Made by a program: the position numbers and the translations under genes. A DNA stretch of 50,152 nucleotides, counting the filler, from Jimgerdemannia flammicorona (Eukaryota): assembly GCA_003990765.1 (NCBI GenBank). It is 2 parts of 2 records of this genome, joined end to end, with 100 filler letters (N's around TTAATTAATTAA, not from the genome) between each part and the next. Parts side by side here need not be neighbours in the genome. Positions count along the whole stretch, not along the records: positions 1 to 25,026 come from RBNJ01000890.1; 1 more part is not named here. One strand, written 5' to 3'. Shown here one piece after another: positions 1-11,397 of this stretch (the stretch's first letter is position 1; every line of letters starts with the position of its first letter). A model generated the notes under the pieces. That model searched no databases and had not been told where the DNA came from. It worked only from the letters and a program-made list of their open reading frames with translations.

Positions 1-1
1 C

Positions 2-256
2 CTTCAAGGGACCTTGGTAGTCCTGATCAATGACTCCTCCTTCTACTGTGACTCCTTTGGTTGCCAATGAGGATCTTGAGGCCAATTGTCCATAATGCCC
101 AGGTGATATAGTGAGTGTGATCTGTAGGTCAAAAGTCCTGGTACTTCTGGGTCGGATTCTTGCTTGGTAGGGGAGGCAGAGGTCATAACCAACTGATCCT
201 TCTGTTTGTGCAAGAGGTGGCTGTGCCCAGGGTGAAAGCAGCTTGACCTGGATAAT
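2..256 (-). pseudogene. dUTPase domain within the retrotransposon pol frame (runs off the window)
   Basis: Hand translation IIQVKLLSPWAQPPLAQTEGSVGYDLCLPYQARIRPRSTRTFDLQITLTISPGHYGQLASRSSLATKGVTVEGGVIDQDYQGPLK contains trimeric dUTPase motifs I (GYDL), II (RSS) and III (GVIDxDYxG). Same frame as the protease ORF. Confidence 0.9.
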
Positions 257-1312
257 TAGTTGAGCTTTGAGAAATTGCGCTTCAACTGTTGCCATTATAG
301 GTGAGAAGTCCATGCGCTCCAGTTTGAAGAAAGGCCAGTGAGCTCCTGTCTTTGAGTTTCTTGTATAATTGAATCCAGTCTTTCCTAGAGGGTCCAGAGC
401 TTCCATAAGGATGAAGGCAAGATTGATACCTTCTTTTCCTTGATGAGGGTGGCAGTACCAGTGAATGATGGCAAGAACTTCCAATGGTAGGTTCCAGATA
501 GAGGTCTTGCTCTTGAACTTGCAATCTCCTTCATGGTTGATTTCTTTGCACTTCTGATAGGCCCAGCGAATTCGAGGTTCTTACAGGGTGGGATCCTTTC
601 TCTTGACTTGGCTCTTGTAGACATCTTCGCTGAGGTGAACATCTCGATGTTCACACCAGTGGCAGGTAAAGGTCTTTCTACAATCACAATGTCCCTTCTT
701 GACAAAGTCTTCATTTCGCTGTTTGACCTCCCTACTGGTAGGGAATCTCTTCCGATACTTGTCATAGGTGGGCTGTGTGATCTGGAGGGCCCAGGTGATA
801 GTGTAAGAGCTGTTGCTTTCTCCTTCGATAGTAAGGGACTCGAATGTTTGGTGGGCAAAGATCTTCTGTCCTTCCTTATAGGTCTTCTTGAAGGTCTTCG
901 GGGTTGGAGGTTGTATTTGGCTGTGGGATAGTGCTTGCTTCAATTCGTCCTTATCATCAATTTCTGGCATTGGAACCTTCTTGAGATCCAGGATTCGGCA
1001 ATTGCTACAATCATCTCTTGGTGAGTGGAAGCTGATGAAATGTTCACATATGCCTCAATGAAAGGCTTGCATGATCTGATTTTCTACCAGTGGTGGTGGT
1101 GGTTGAGCAGAAGGTCCTGCAAACTCAAGTACTGCCCTTGCATTAATGGCACTATCAAGGCTTTCTTCCAGGCCTTCAACACCAATAACTTCAATGAAAG
1201 AGTCTTCTTGTTCACTTTCTTGGTCTCTTGGGGCATCAAAATCACTTCCTAGTTCTTATAGGAAATTGGCTTCGCTTTCATCCTCAGTAGTAGTGGGGGT
1301 GTCGCCATGTCC

Positions 1313-1708
1313 TTACCATTCTGTTTCTGAGGCTTGATTCATCCTTTTGGATAATCCTTTCGAGTCAATGGGCACCTTGTGCTTCTGTCCATGAATGGAG
1401 AAGACCAGGAGTTGTTTCTTGATATCTACATTGGCTCCAACTTGGCTTAACCAGTCAGTTCCCAGGATCAGGTCATAGGAGGTTGCGGGGGTCACGACGG
1501 CTTTGGGTACATTGAGGCAGGCCTTTCCAACTTGAATGGGGATGTCTCTGACAAGTCTAAGGGGAGTGGAAGCTGATCCGTTGGCCATGATAACTCTTGC
1601 TTTGGTTCCTTCATCTATTTCCCATCTAATTCGCTCCAACATCCTTTGGGTGATGATGCATACTGCTGCTCCAGTATCAATGAGAATTCTGGCATTTTCA
1701 CCATGCAC
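1313..1708 (-). pseudogene. Retropepsin-type aspartic protease domain
   Basis: ORF 1313..1708 has DTGA catalytic motif and the DLILGTDWL motif. Confidence 0.92.
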
Positions 1709-2227
1709 TTTTCCATTGGCGAGTCTTGTAGATTGATGTTCATGTTGCTGACTCTCATGGGCTGTATGGATAGTGCTAGGTTCTTGAGTGTGTGGTCCTT
1801 GGACTGGAAGTCTCTTGGTATCTTCCTTGGCTTCTTACAGGAATTTTTGCCTGACCTCTGGTGTATTCTTGAGGACTTGCTCAACTGTAAGACCAGCATT
1901 CTGTAGGCGGATATGTTCCCAAAGTGAGGCTGCTGCATGGGGCTTGCTGCTTCTTTGGTGTCTTGGTCCCTTGGAGTGTAGTCTCTCATTCCTGATGGGC
2001 ATTTCATCAGCTGAAGATTCTATGCTCATATGCTCATCTTCTTCAAGGTCTGCCAGAGTAGAGCTGGGGGTTGTCCTAGATGGTCTGGCTTCTGGTTCAG
2101 GAGTATCTCTTCTAACTCGCTTCTCCTGTTCTTGTGGAGTGTCTGAAGAAGAATGGCCATGTCACGGATGCTTGCCTGTGGATATTGTTACTGGCAGTTG
2201 AGGTGGGGGGTTCCTTCGTGGTCTTCT

Positions 2228-4205
2228 TCATCCTCTGGTCTCTGCAGGGGCAGCTTCCCATGTCACCTTGGATGGAAAAACCTCGAAGTATGGGTAGATG
2301 TCATCTTCTTGACCATGGAGCCAGGCTGCTTCTTCTTCCATCTCCTGAGTCTCTTCATCTACCTGAAAGAGGTTGACATTTCTGTCATTGGACTGGGTAG
2401 ATTGGTTCCTTGGACAATTCCTCTGGATGTGGCCTTGATTTCCGCAGTTAAAGCAGGTGGGACCATAGGAACCAGTCACTGATGAGACTGTAGTTGCAGC
2501 TAGTAGTGTGGGAGCAGAATCTCTGTTGTCTTATTGCCAGTAGTCTGGTCTGTTATCATGACGGTAGTCCTGTTGTCTTCTACCTTGGTTCTTCAGCTGG
2601 GCAACTGCGATGGCCAGGTCCTTCATTTGCTTGGTGAGTGTTGTCATGGGGTCTTCTTGAACTCTTGATGGTGGCTGCTGCTGTGGTTGCCTGAATGGAG
2701 TCGGATTTGTGGGTGCTGGTCTGCTCTCATAGTTGGCTATCTGGGCTCTGAGGAAGGCATTCTCTTGCTCCATGGTTGTTCCTTGGGTCCTTGGGGTTTC
2801 AGCTCGGATTGGCTCATGATAGCCTTGTACTTGTTGTACTGGTCTATAATCTGCTTCTCAACATCCTTGTGCTCCAGCAACTTGCTGTTCAATGTTTCAA
2901 TATCCCATCCTGATAACTTGCCTTCGGAGTTCTGGGTATAAGCCATTGAGGAAGGTAGTTGAGGCTAGGGCCAGTTGGACTGCTGGTTGAAGGTTTGCCT
3001 TGATCATTTGAGCTTGAATCCGATGGTAGAAACTCTTGGGAGTTTCATTGGCAGCTTGGCTCATGTAGGTCAAAGTCTCCTGTGCTTCTTGTTGGCACTC
3101 GAATCTATTGAACTGGGCACAGAGCCAGGCTTTGTGAATCATGTACCTTGCTACATAGTTTCTATCAGGTTGAAGGCCGTCATTCAGTTCCTCTGTATAG
3201 ATTTCTCCTCTGGCTTGCTTGGCTTAGTTATATCTCTGTAGGGCTGGTACTCTCAGGAGTGACTCAACAATTCTGAGTTTTCTTGCAGCATCCCATTGTT
3301 TGGCAGCTGCTTGAACTTCAATTTCTCCAAAGAATTCCTCTATGTCTTCATTGTCTGTACCATGGAACTTCTGAAGGTAGCTCATATCTGGCTCATCTTC
3401 ACTATCTGAGCATTGTTCAGGGGTAGGGGATCTGGTGGATCCTCGGGGTGATGGGGAAGGTGGTGGTGCTAGTACTTGATGATCTAGTGGTGCTGGCAGA
3501 GGGCAGTGTCTTGGTGAGGGTGAGGGTAATCTGACTCTTCTAATTAATGCTGGGGTTGAAGTCCTGGGTAGTGGTGGAGATCTTCTGATTGACTGGTGAT
3601 AGTGGTGTGAGTGACCAGGGTACTGAAGTTTGAGCAACTGATGGTGGGAGTGGACTGATATAACTAATAGTGAGTTCATCTGCCCCTTGCTGTTGTGAAG
3701 TAGTGAGGTCTTGTTTGCCTTGTTGTGGGTCAGTGTCACTGTCTGGATAATAGTAGAGGTTGAATTCGTCCCTTTGATGGTCTGATCCCCAATCGTCGTC
3801 TTGCTCTGGTTGATATGGATGGTAGTCCTCTTCTCCTTCTGATGTTTCAAAGTATACCTAGTCTAGTGGAGTGACTCGAGTGACCACAGTAGTTATGTAG
3901 TCACTTCTGTCTGAGTTCTTCCTATGGATAAGGGTCTGATACTCCTCAGGGATATCCTCTTCTTCTTCTTGGCCTAAGTCTTGGATCTGAAGGGGCGGTT
4001 CTGGTTGCCCTCTGAGTTGTCTCCTTTCTCTTGAAGTCAAACCATAATCTGGGTCACATCTTTCTTCTGATTCGGTTTTCTGGCTACTGGTGTTGAGTAG
4101 AGTCCTGGCTACTGTTCTGACAAGGGTGTGGGCTTTCGTTTCTGCTGAGGAGGGCTGTTGCTGCCCCTGGTTTGGTTGCTGACTTGGTCCTGCTAAGTTC
4201 TCCAC
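2228..4205 (-). pseudogene. Gag (Pro-rich N-terminus, capsid-like domain, CCHC zinc knuckle), fragmented
   Basis: ORF pieces 3858..4205, 3224..3850, 2897..3142, 2531..2773 and 2228..2479 (Cx2Cx4Hx4C). The 5' boundary is approximate. Confidence 0.8.
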
Positions 4206-4253
4206 TGTAGAGAGCTGGGTTCTTGAGCTAAATAGTCAAGTCTTTTGAAAACT

Positions 4254-4271
4254 TTCCCAGTTGAGTCCCCA
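4254..4271 (-). promoter_or_regulatory. Primer-binding site, probably tRNA-Pro
   Basis: Minus strand TGGGGACTCAACTGGGAA lies 3 nt after the LTR ...TACA end. It resembles the tRNA-Pro PBS TGGGGGCTCGTCCGGGAT, and several differences are CpG-type transitions. Confidence 0.6.
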
Positions 4272-4274
4272 AAA

Positions 4275-5367
4275 TGTAGCATTGGGTTTGTATCCCTAGT
4301 TGCTTCTGGCATGGCTCAATGTGCCACTTGGTGGAGTGCGCAGTATATGACTGAGTGCATTTGCAATGGTTGTGGGTTGATGGTCACGTGATCAGTTCGT
4401 CCGATTCATATGATAATTGATAGCAGGAATTCGATTGTTCGTTGGCTCAGGATGTCAATAGCTCAATTGTTTAGTGGAAAAGGGTGGTGAATAACTTGGC
4501 GGCGACACTCTTGATGGTCTTGCTCTTTATGTGGTCAATTAAAGTGGTCCATGGCACAGTAGGTTGGGGAAAATGGAGGTTGATGGCTTGCTCGTCCATC
4601 TTGGTTAACTTGAAAGATTCCTGGTGGTCGTTTGGGTCTTTGGCAGCGGTCTTGTATCCTTTGGCTGGGTAACTTGGGTTCCTTGGGTTCTTTAGATGTG
4701 TTGCCGGGGTCTTGAATCTCGAATGGCAGTCTCGAATGGTGGCACTCGGCGGTTGGGTAATGTTTTCTTTCTTTCCATGGCAAGAGAAATTCTTTAACTC
4801 AAACCTCGAGCGATTCATTGCTCTAGTTATTTTATTATTGGAATTCTGTTCTCTTGGAGGCAGTGTGTTTTCTCTATAAAACTATCTGACTGAGGCTTTA
4901 TTCACTCTAAGGATATGGGTTATTTATACAAGTTTGCTAGCTATGGGGGGGGGGGCATGACTAAGGCTAAGGTATACTATGTTGTGGTGAACTTCGCTAT
5001 GCTATTGGCTTGCATGATGTGAAGGGCTGACTTGCTGACACGGACGGATATGGATATGATGATTGTTGCCAGAAATAGTTGTGAGGGGTAGTGACACTGG
5101 ATTTGGACTTGCTGACAAAATGCTGAAAATGGTTGTACTGGATAGCAATGCTGGAAACGGTTGTGCTGGGTAGCAATGCTAGAAACGGACTTGCTGACAA
5201 AATGCTGGAAATGGTTGTGCTGGGTAGCAATGCTGGAAACAGACTTGCTGACTTGCTGATATGAAGGCTGCACAATTCTCACAGCTGACAGGTGGTACTT
5301 CTAGAGAGAATAGTACCCTTCGTCCATAGTGGGCAAATCTTGCTGGGTTAAGATTTCTTCTTCATCA
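4275..5367 (-). repeat. LTR (~1.1 kb; TG...CA) with U3 tandem repeats, TATA and AATAAA
   Basis: Preceded on the minus strand by a PPT-like GAGGGGAGGTA (5368-5378) and followed by the PBS. TGTATAAATA near 4921-4930 and AATAAA near 4897-4902 (minus). ~54-bp tandem repeats at ~5105-5255. A related segment recurs at ~32,340-32,450. Confidence 0.65.
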
Positions 5368-6290
5368 TACCTCCCCTCAAAAGGGGGAAGTGCTGGCCAA
5401 GAGGTGAGGGGGTAGAAAAGTGGCCAGTCATCTTCAACAACATTCTCCAACCCTTGAACAGCTTGAATGTGGACAGAGGACTGGTAGACTCTCTGTTGCT
5501 CCTCTTCTTCTTCTGAAGACTCATCAGTTTCAGTATCAGAGGGGGTTTCTTCAGGGGTAGGGTCTTGGAGTTCTTGGGCTTCCTCTTCAAAGACAGGGAC
5601 CTCTTGGGCTTCTTCTTGATTCGGTTTCCAAATGATGAGATGTGAATTGTGGCTGGCAGAGTGGTGGATGGTTGGGGTAGCTCCAACGGGTGCTTCTATG
5701 GTAATGAGCGGTCCTTCAAATATCTCCATAAGACTCATTAGGTGACCTTGATGGTTGTCTCGGAGTGGGGTAGTGTGGAAACCTGGCTGAGTAGGTTCGG
5801 TTTGTTGGCTTCCTACAGCAATGCAGTTGCTGCCAATAGAGTTGGCTACTTCAGATTCTATCCAGTCAGCATCTTCAGTTGAAAGGCAGGAGAGGCTGCC
5901 AGCCATTACTCCTTGCAAGTATACTATGGCCCAGGGGATGTGGTGGAATATCTGATGAATGCGGAGAGCTCTCTTGATCAGCTGGCTGGTGGTTATCAAT
6001 TTGGTAATGAGGTCTTCCCAGTCATCTTCTTGAGTCTCATTGCAAAGGTAGTGTCCAATTTTGTAGTCATGCCAGAGGGTCATTCATTTGGTAGTGTCTT
6101 TAAGCTGTTGGGTCATTATATACTAGTAGTTGATGAAGTGTCCAAGGTCCTTGGTGTAGAAGTTCAAGTGTTCAGAAGTATCTGGGCACCAGATGGCCTT
6201 CTTGATAGCTTCAAAGATCAGGGTCTTTGGGCCAGGCAAAGGGGTAGAGTGGCAGGAGGTCTGGTTGGATCGGCGAATGGGAGGCATCAT
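5301..6290 (-). pseudogene. Extra ORF (ORF3) at the 3' end of an LTR element, overlapping the PPT and the LTR start
   Basis: ORFs 6123..6401 and 5301..6083 share one frame, separated by TAG/TGA stops. Likely start MMPPIRR at 6290. Helical core (LIKRALRIHQIFHHIPWAIVYLQGVMAGSLSCLS) and acidic tail. No domain I can name. Confidence 0.6.
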
Positions 6291-8961
6291 GTGGTAGGTA
6301 CTTGGTTCTTTGGTGCCGATCCCTGAGGTGGAGTATGGTTCCTTAAATAACATAGTCTTCATTTTGGCTCGGATCATCTTGTCTTCTTTTAGGATGATCA
6401 CCTAATGGGTCAGACTGTCTATTTGATTATCACACCATTATGTCATCTGATCTTAGCAGTCACCAGTACTCTGTTGTCAATTGCATATCTCACAACATAT
6501 AAGTAATAGAAAAATGAAATGATCATAATTATTTCTTATTTTTTGTTATTAACTTACAATATTTTCCATTGACTTATATTTTATCTTTACTTCTATATAT
6601 ACTTTCATTTATTACTATATAATAAATCAAATAACTGATCACTTCTTGGAAATATAGTATAATGTTATTAGTATAGTTGTATCTCATATAGCTATAAATA
6701 AATAGCATGATAAAAATCACAATATAAATATCATTAATAGGGTGAAAAATTATACCCAATACTAATGAAAAAATTAATATAAAAGTACTAGAAAATAATG
6801 GATAATAATTATAGTATTAATATATATATCTCAAACATAATAAATAGTTAGCAATAAAATAGATAATTAATGTATAATTATAATGAATGAGAAATTATAC
6901 TTCTATCAAACCAATTATATTAATTAAAATCCAACAATAACTAACTGTATAGATACCTCAGAACTATATAGATGTATTGAGGTTTAAATATATATATTTA
7001 GGAAATATGATAAAACTAGCCCCCATACAAATGGATAAACAAAAGAGAGGGAGAGAGGTAGTAAATATGAGTATATGATATGAATATATGAGCATATAAG
7101 TAAAGAATATATATAAGTATGTATAAAAGCAGATGTAATTAAATAATAACTAATATATGTAATATTATAGGAGTTGTCTTCTGCTAAAATAAATTATATG
7201 CACCAGTACTTAAGAAATGATTTGATCTCCTATATCTTGGTGAAACAACTTATACTCCCTATATATGCCTAAGATATTTCTACTACCATTGACTTACAGT
7301 TTCTAAGAAACTCACTTATAGAATGTGCCAAGCTATATCTTTGTAAATTGAGATAAACTAAGTTAATATAAACTATCTAGAATAGTGTTTTATCTAGGTT
7401 ATTGACTATAGTTCTCAGTTAATTGATATTGATATAGAGAAGAGAGTATAAGAGAATTGGATAACAATAGTGGCTATAAGAGTAGAAAGAATGGTAAAGT
7501 GATTGTTATTACAAAATATATTGTATATACCTACAGTATTATTAGCAATGAACTGCTATTGGGTTCTGATAGACTTTTTAGGAGTTATGAAAGTATACAC
7601 AGAGTATAAATATAAAATTATTTTTAATTTTATATTTGTTTTGAATCTTCCATTCTATGGCCCCATATTATACTCAATTCTTTATAAAATCAAAAACAAA
7701 CACTTTACTATATTCCATCTATTCTATATTATATTATCTGCCCAAAATTAAGTCAATATTTTCATAACCCAATTCTTATTATTTTCTACTCAGCTGATCA
7801 ATCTTACTGTAACTTTGGTATGATTACTTATATTTATATTATCTAGTAGTATATTTCTATACTTTTCCTTAATATCAGTTGGTATAGTAATGAGGAGTCT
7901 TACAACTTAGCAACCTTATAATATTGATCATATTATTAAATTCAGCTTCAGACAATCGTTGAAACAAGTTACAGTTGATTTTCGAAATTAAAAGATGAGT
8001 GATTATATTGTCTTAAATAGTAAAAAGAAGTATAAAGAGAATATTAAACCAAAGGGAGTGTGAGAATGACAAGTCAATATATGGATATAAATATGTTTTA
8101 TATTTACTCTTTCGTATATAAATATTGATCAAATCACATAAATATCAATATATATTAATATTTGTCAATATTAATAAATACTATAATATCACATGAGATT
8201 TGTATCTACATCTACTATCAAGGGTGGCTGTCCTTCTCTTGGGCTAGTAAGACATTAGTATTGATTTATGCATATCATTTATATTAAAGCAGAATAATAA
8301 TATCTGATCTCTGGTCAGATAATATATAAGAATAAGTAAACCTTGAGACCTTTGAAATCTTATAATATTAGACTTACTTGCAAGACTTACTTAGCTTGCT
8401 AAAATTATCATTAGTAGTATTTCTGATACACCAAGACTACTAAAGAACTAAGCAGCAGCATTCTCAGATTGAGAAATACTTTAATAGACTCTGAATTCTT
8501 AGGAACTACAAGAGTACCCTAGTTATCTAATACTCTTCATTCTTACATTATATCTGTGAAGATGTGAAGGAAAAAGTGAATAAAGAAAATAGCATATTGA
8601 AAAAGATGTTTAACCTATATCATTATTACATAATGTATTTCAGATTATAGATTTTGGAGTAAGTTTAGTTACTATCATATACTGAAGATAGTATAGAAGC
8701 TTATATTAGTGATGGTGATTTTGCCAGATTCTGATAAGAATACCAAAAGAATGACCTACCCCCCTCTTCTCTACTTATAAAAAAGAAAATTTATATATGT
8801 TAAATAAGTAGATCATAGCCTATATATTTATATCTACTAAATAAAGTTGCCAAACTTACTACTATTAAGAATTTACAGTATATAAACAATCAATAATTAT
8901 TTTATAGTGATAATAGTGTGGGTAATATACTTCCTATAGGCTCCTAATGAGATTGATTATT

Positions 8962-9385
8962 TTTTTTTTTTTTTATAGTCCCTTGGACTCCGTCTTTATT
9001 ACCAGTCTATGAATAAGTATACAATATCACCACTCACTATCCGATCCCTATCAGGTGGCCCCACCCCATCTTATCATATATAAAGACCACCCTCTCACCA
9101 ACAACTCCAACTCTCCCACCACTCTGACCACAGATTTTCACCACTAAGTGGTGCCTCCGACCCCCCTGCAGCCCCCAACCAAGCTGCCAGCCTGTCAAGA
9201 TATCCTCCATAAGGAACTGCCACCTTGCTAACTGGCTCCCCAAGCTCGGTTACTTCTCCTCCTCAAATACAAATAGCCAGTAGTCAGCCAGCCCAACCCA
9301 AATAGCCAATGCCCAGCCTAGAGTAATCTACTCTTCGTCAACCCCTCCTATCAATCGATCCCTCAGGTCCTCCCACTTCCCCCAT
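8962..9385 (-). mobile_element. 5'-truncated LINE copy (3' end plus poly(A)) with 15-bp TSD
   Basis: Reverse complement of the LINE 3' end at ~38,980-39,390 (AATAAA...GTCCAAGGGACTAT(A)n). TSD ATGAGATTGATTATT at 8947-8961 and 9386-9400. Confidence 0.9.
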
Positions 9386-10177
9386 ATGAGATTGATTATT
9401 ATACTTGATACTTCCTTCTCCTCTCCAATAATCTTTACCTTCTTTATCTCTATCAAAATTACATATAGCTTCTTAATCATCATTACCATATCTATATTTG
9501 CTCTTCTCACATAGCCTAGTACTCAGTCTACAAATTGAATGCTCTATTATTATACAAAATCTTTATCATACATTACATCTTCACCAGCATATTTTGAGAA
9601 AGATTTTGCAGCTGAGCCCTAGAACTACCTATAGTATATAATCAGTAATAAGAACTAAAATACTAGTGTATCTAGTAATAGTAACTAGGTCATTGTATAG
9701 TTGAATCTTATAGATATAAATAGCATAGATAAGTTTCTATTAATATTGAGAAGAATCACCTATTGATCTAAAAAATGAAATAAAATACTATGTCCTATGT
9801 CACTACTACTGAAACCCATCATATATACTTATACAGTGCTATACACTGAACTTTCATTTATGATTATAGAAGAATATAACAAAATATTTAAGAGAAAAAA
9901 AAAAAAAATAACATGTAATCTTTTCATGGCTTACATCAGAGTTCTTGAAGCTTATTGGCCATTACACTCAAATATGATATAAAAATATACAAGAAGAGTA
10001 GTGGTACAAATTAGGATAGTAGGAAATTAAGAATGGTACATATACTGATTGGAAGTGAGCCATACTATAACCTCTCTTATATATATATCTGAGTATACCA
10101 TATACTAATAAAGAATTTAACTTTATTAGTCTTACTTTACAGAATTTGATAAAGATAGAATGAACTCTTGGATTCTA

Positions 10178-10180
<3 letters not shown>

Positions 10181-10215
<35 letters not shown>

Positions 10216-11397
10216 TTTTTTTTTTTTTTTTTTTTTTTTATGTCCTGTGGATTTTTATTGGAAGAGAACCTAGACTATATAGGCCAAAACTCTCCCCCAC
10301 CACCTATCAAGCACTGCCCCCCCCACTAACCTAGGCTAGCTATTATCCAGCAGCTCGACCATACCAGGCGCAGCAGGGAAAAGTAGCCTGCACCTCATTC
10401 TGTGCACCATACTCTCTCTACCACCAGAGGAAACCCAGCCATACACCAACGACCGAAAGCGCACACCCGAGAACTCAATGTATATACAAGGCCACGCCCA
10501 AGCCAAATAGAATAGCCCCTGCCAACCCAAAGAGAATGACAGGCAAAGAAAAAACCCTCATCAAAGCACAATATGGTGAGTAGGGCCTGGTTCTCCCAGT
10601 CGAGGTAAGTAGAGGACTTATATGTGAGGCAGGAGGAGACCCCCAATACCCCACTACTCAAGCCTACAGGCCTCGATCACATTGCTGTGTCAGCTCCCAG
10701 TTCCAGTTGAGTGCAGCCAAGATGCCTGAAATGGGTAGCCTCAGGCCCCCCGACCCCCCCTGATGACCAGGGCCCAACCCCACGAATCGCCAAAAGAAGC
10801 CAAGAGTGACACCTACTACCTAACTGTACTATACCAATCAAAAGGCCCCACCAAAGCAGCATCCGCCCCAGCCCTGATGACCACCCCCAGCCTGGCACCC
10901 TACTGGTTCACCATAATCGCCCTTCCTCCTATCTGTGACAGCCATCTCTCCTTCCATCCTGACATCACCTGAAAAACAGTCACCTATGCCAGAACCATGC
11001 TCACCAGGAATCTTGTCAAAGCCACAGGGCCCCACTATAGGCACTGAGGACCTGCAGGTAACCTACACTGAGCACTTGACGCCCAAGGTTGGCTGACTTC
11101 CTACATAGCCCGAGACACACCAAGACAACTCTTTGTTGGTGACAGCAAAAGGAAGAAGGTGCTGCACCAAAATGGGTATATCCCAGATGCAGCTGAAGAC
11201 ACCAGAATCTGTGAAAAAGTGGAGGAAGCACTGATCCGACACCAATAAAGAGGAAACTCATCACCATTGCCCTCCTCCCACCATGTCCCTACAGGCACAG
11301 CAAACCAACCCGAGATAGAGGGGGCAATATTAGGGGAAAGGGGACTTGGAAGGTTGCCTACCAAACCTTGTGACTGGTAAGATAGCAGAGAAAGGAG
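10181..11397 (-). mobile_element. ~1.2-kb non-autonomous poly(A) retroposon (SINE-like), copy 1, with 14-bp TSD
   Basis: Poly(T) at 10,181-10,239. TSD CTTGGATTCTACCA at 10,167-10,180 and 11,398-11,411. Colinear with 30,605-31,798. No recognisable RT or EN. Confidence 0.85.

Larger units (their letters stand above)
1..4274 (-). mobile_element. Ty3/Gypsy-type LTR retrotransposon internal region (PBS-gag-protease-insert-dUTPase; continues off the left edge), decayed
   Basis: Minus-strand frames broken by C>T-type stops. Retrotransposon gag-like block (MSYLQKFHGTDNEDIEEFFGEIEVQAAAKQWD...FLNGLYPELRRQV), CCHC knuckle CFNCGNQGHIQRNC, aspartic protease ILIDTGAAVCII...YDLILGTDWL, then dUTPase motifs. 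Confidence 0.9.

Noticed and set aside
6574..7751. Short Ile/Tyr/Asn-rich ORFs in AT-rich blocks (also 13742..13960, 26759..26956)
   Set aside because: Chance ORFs in hypermutated low-complexity DNA.
10755..10900. Two CTGATGA motifs in the SINE-like element as possible hammerheads
   Set aside because: No stem II-GAAA follows, they are antisense to the element, and copy 2 differs (CTGATAA). Likely CpG-decay products.
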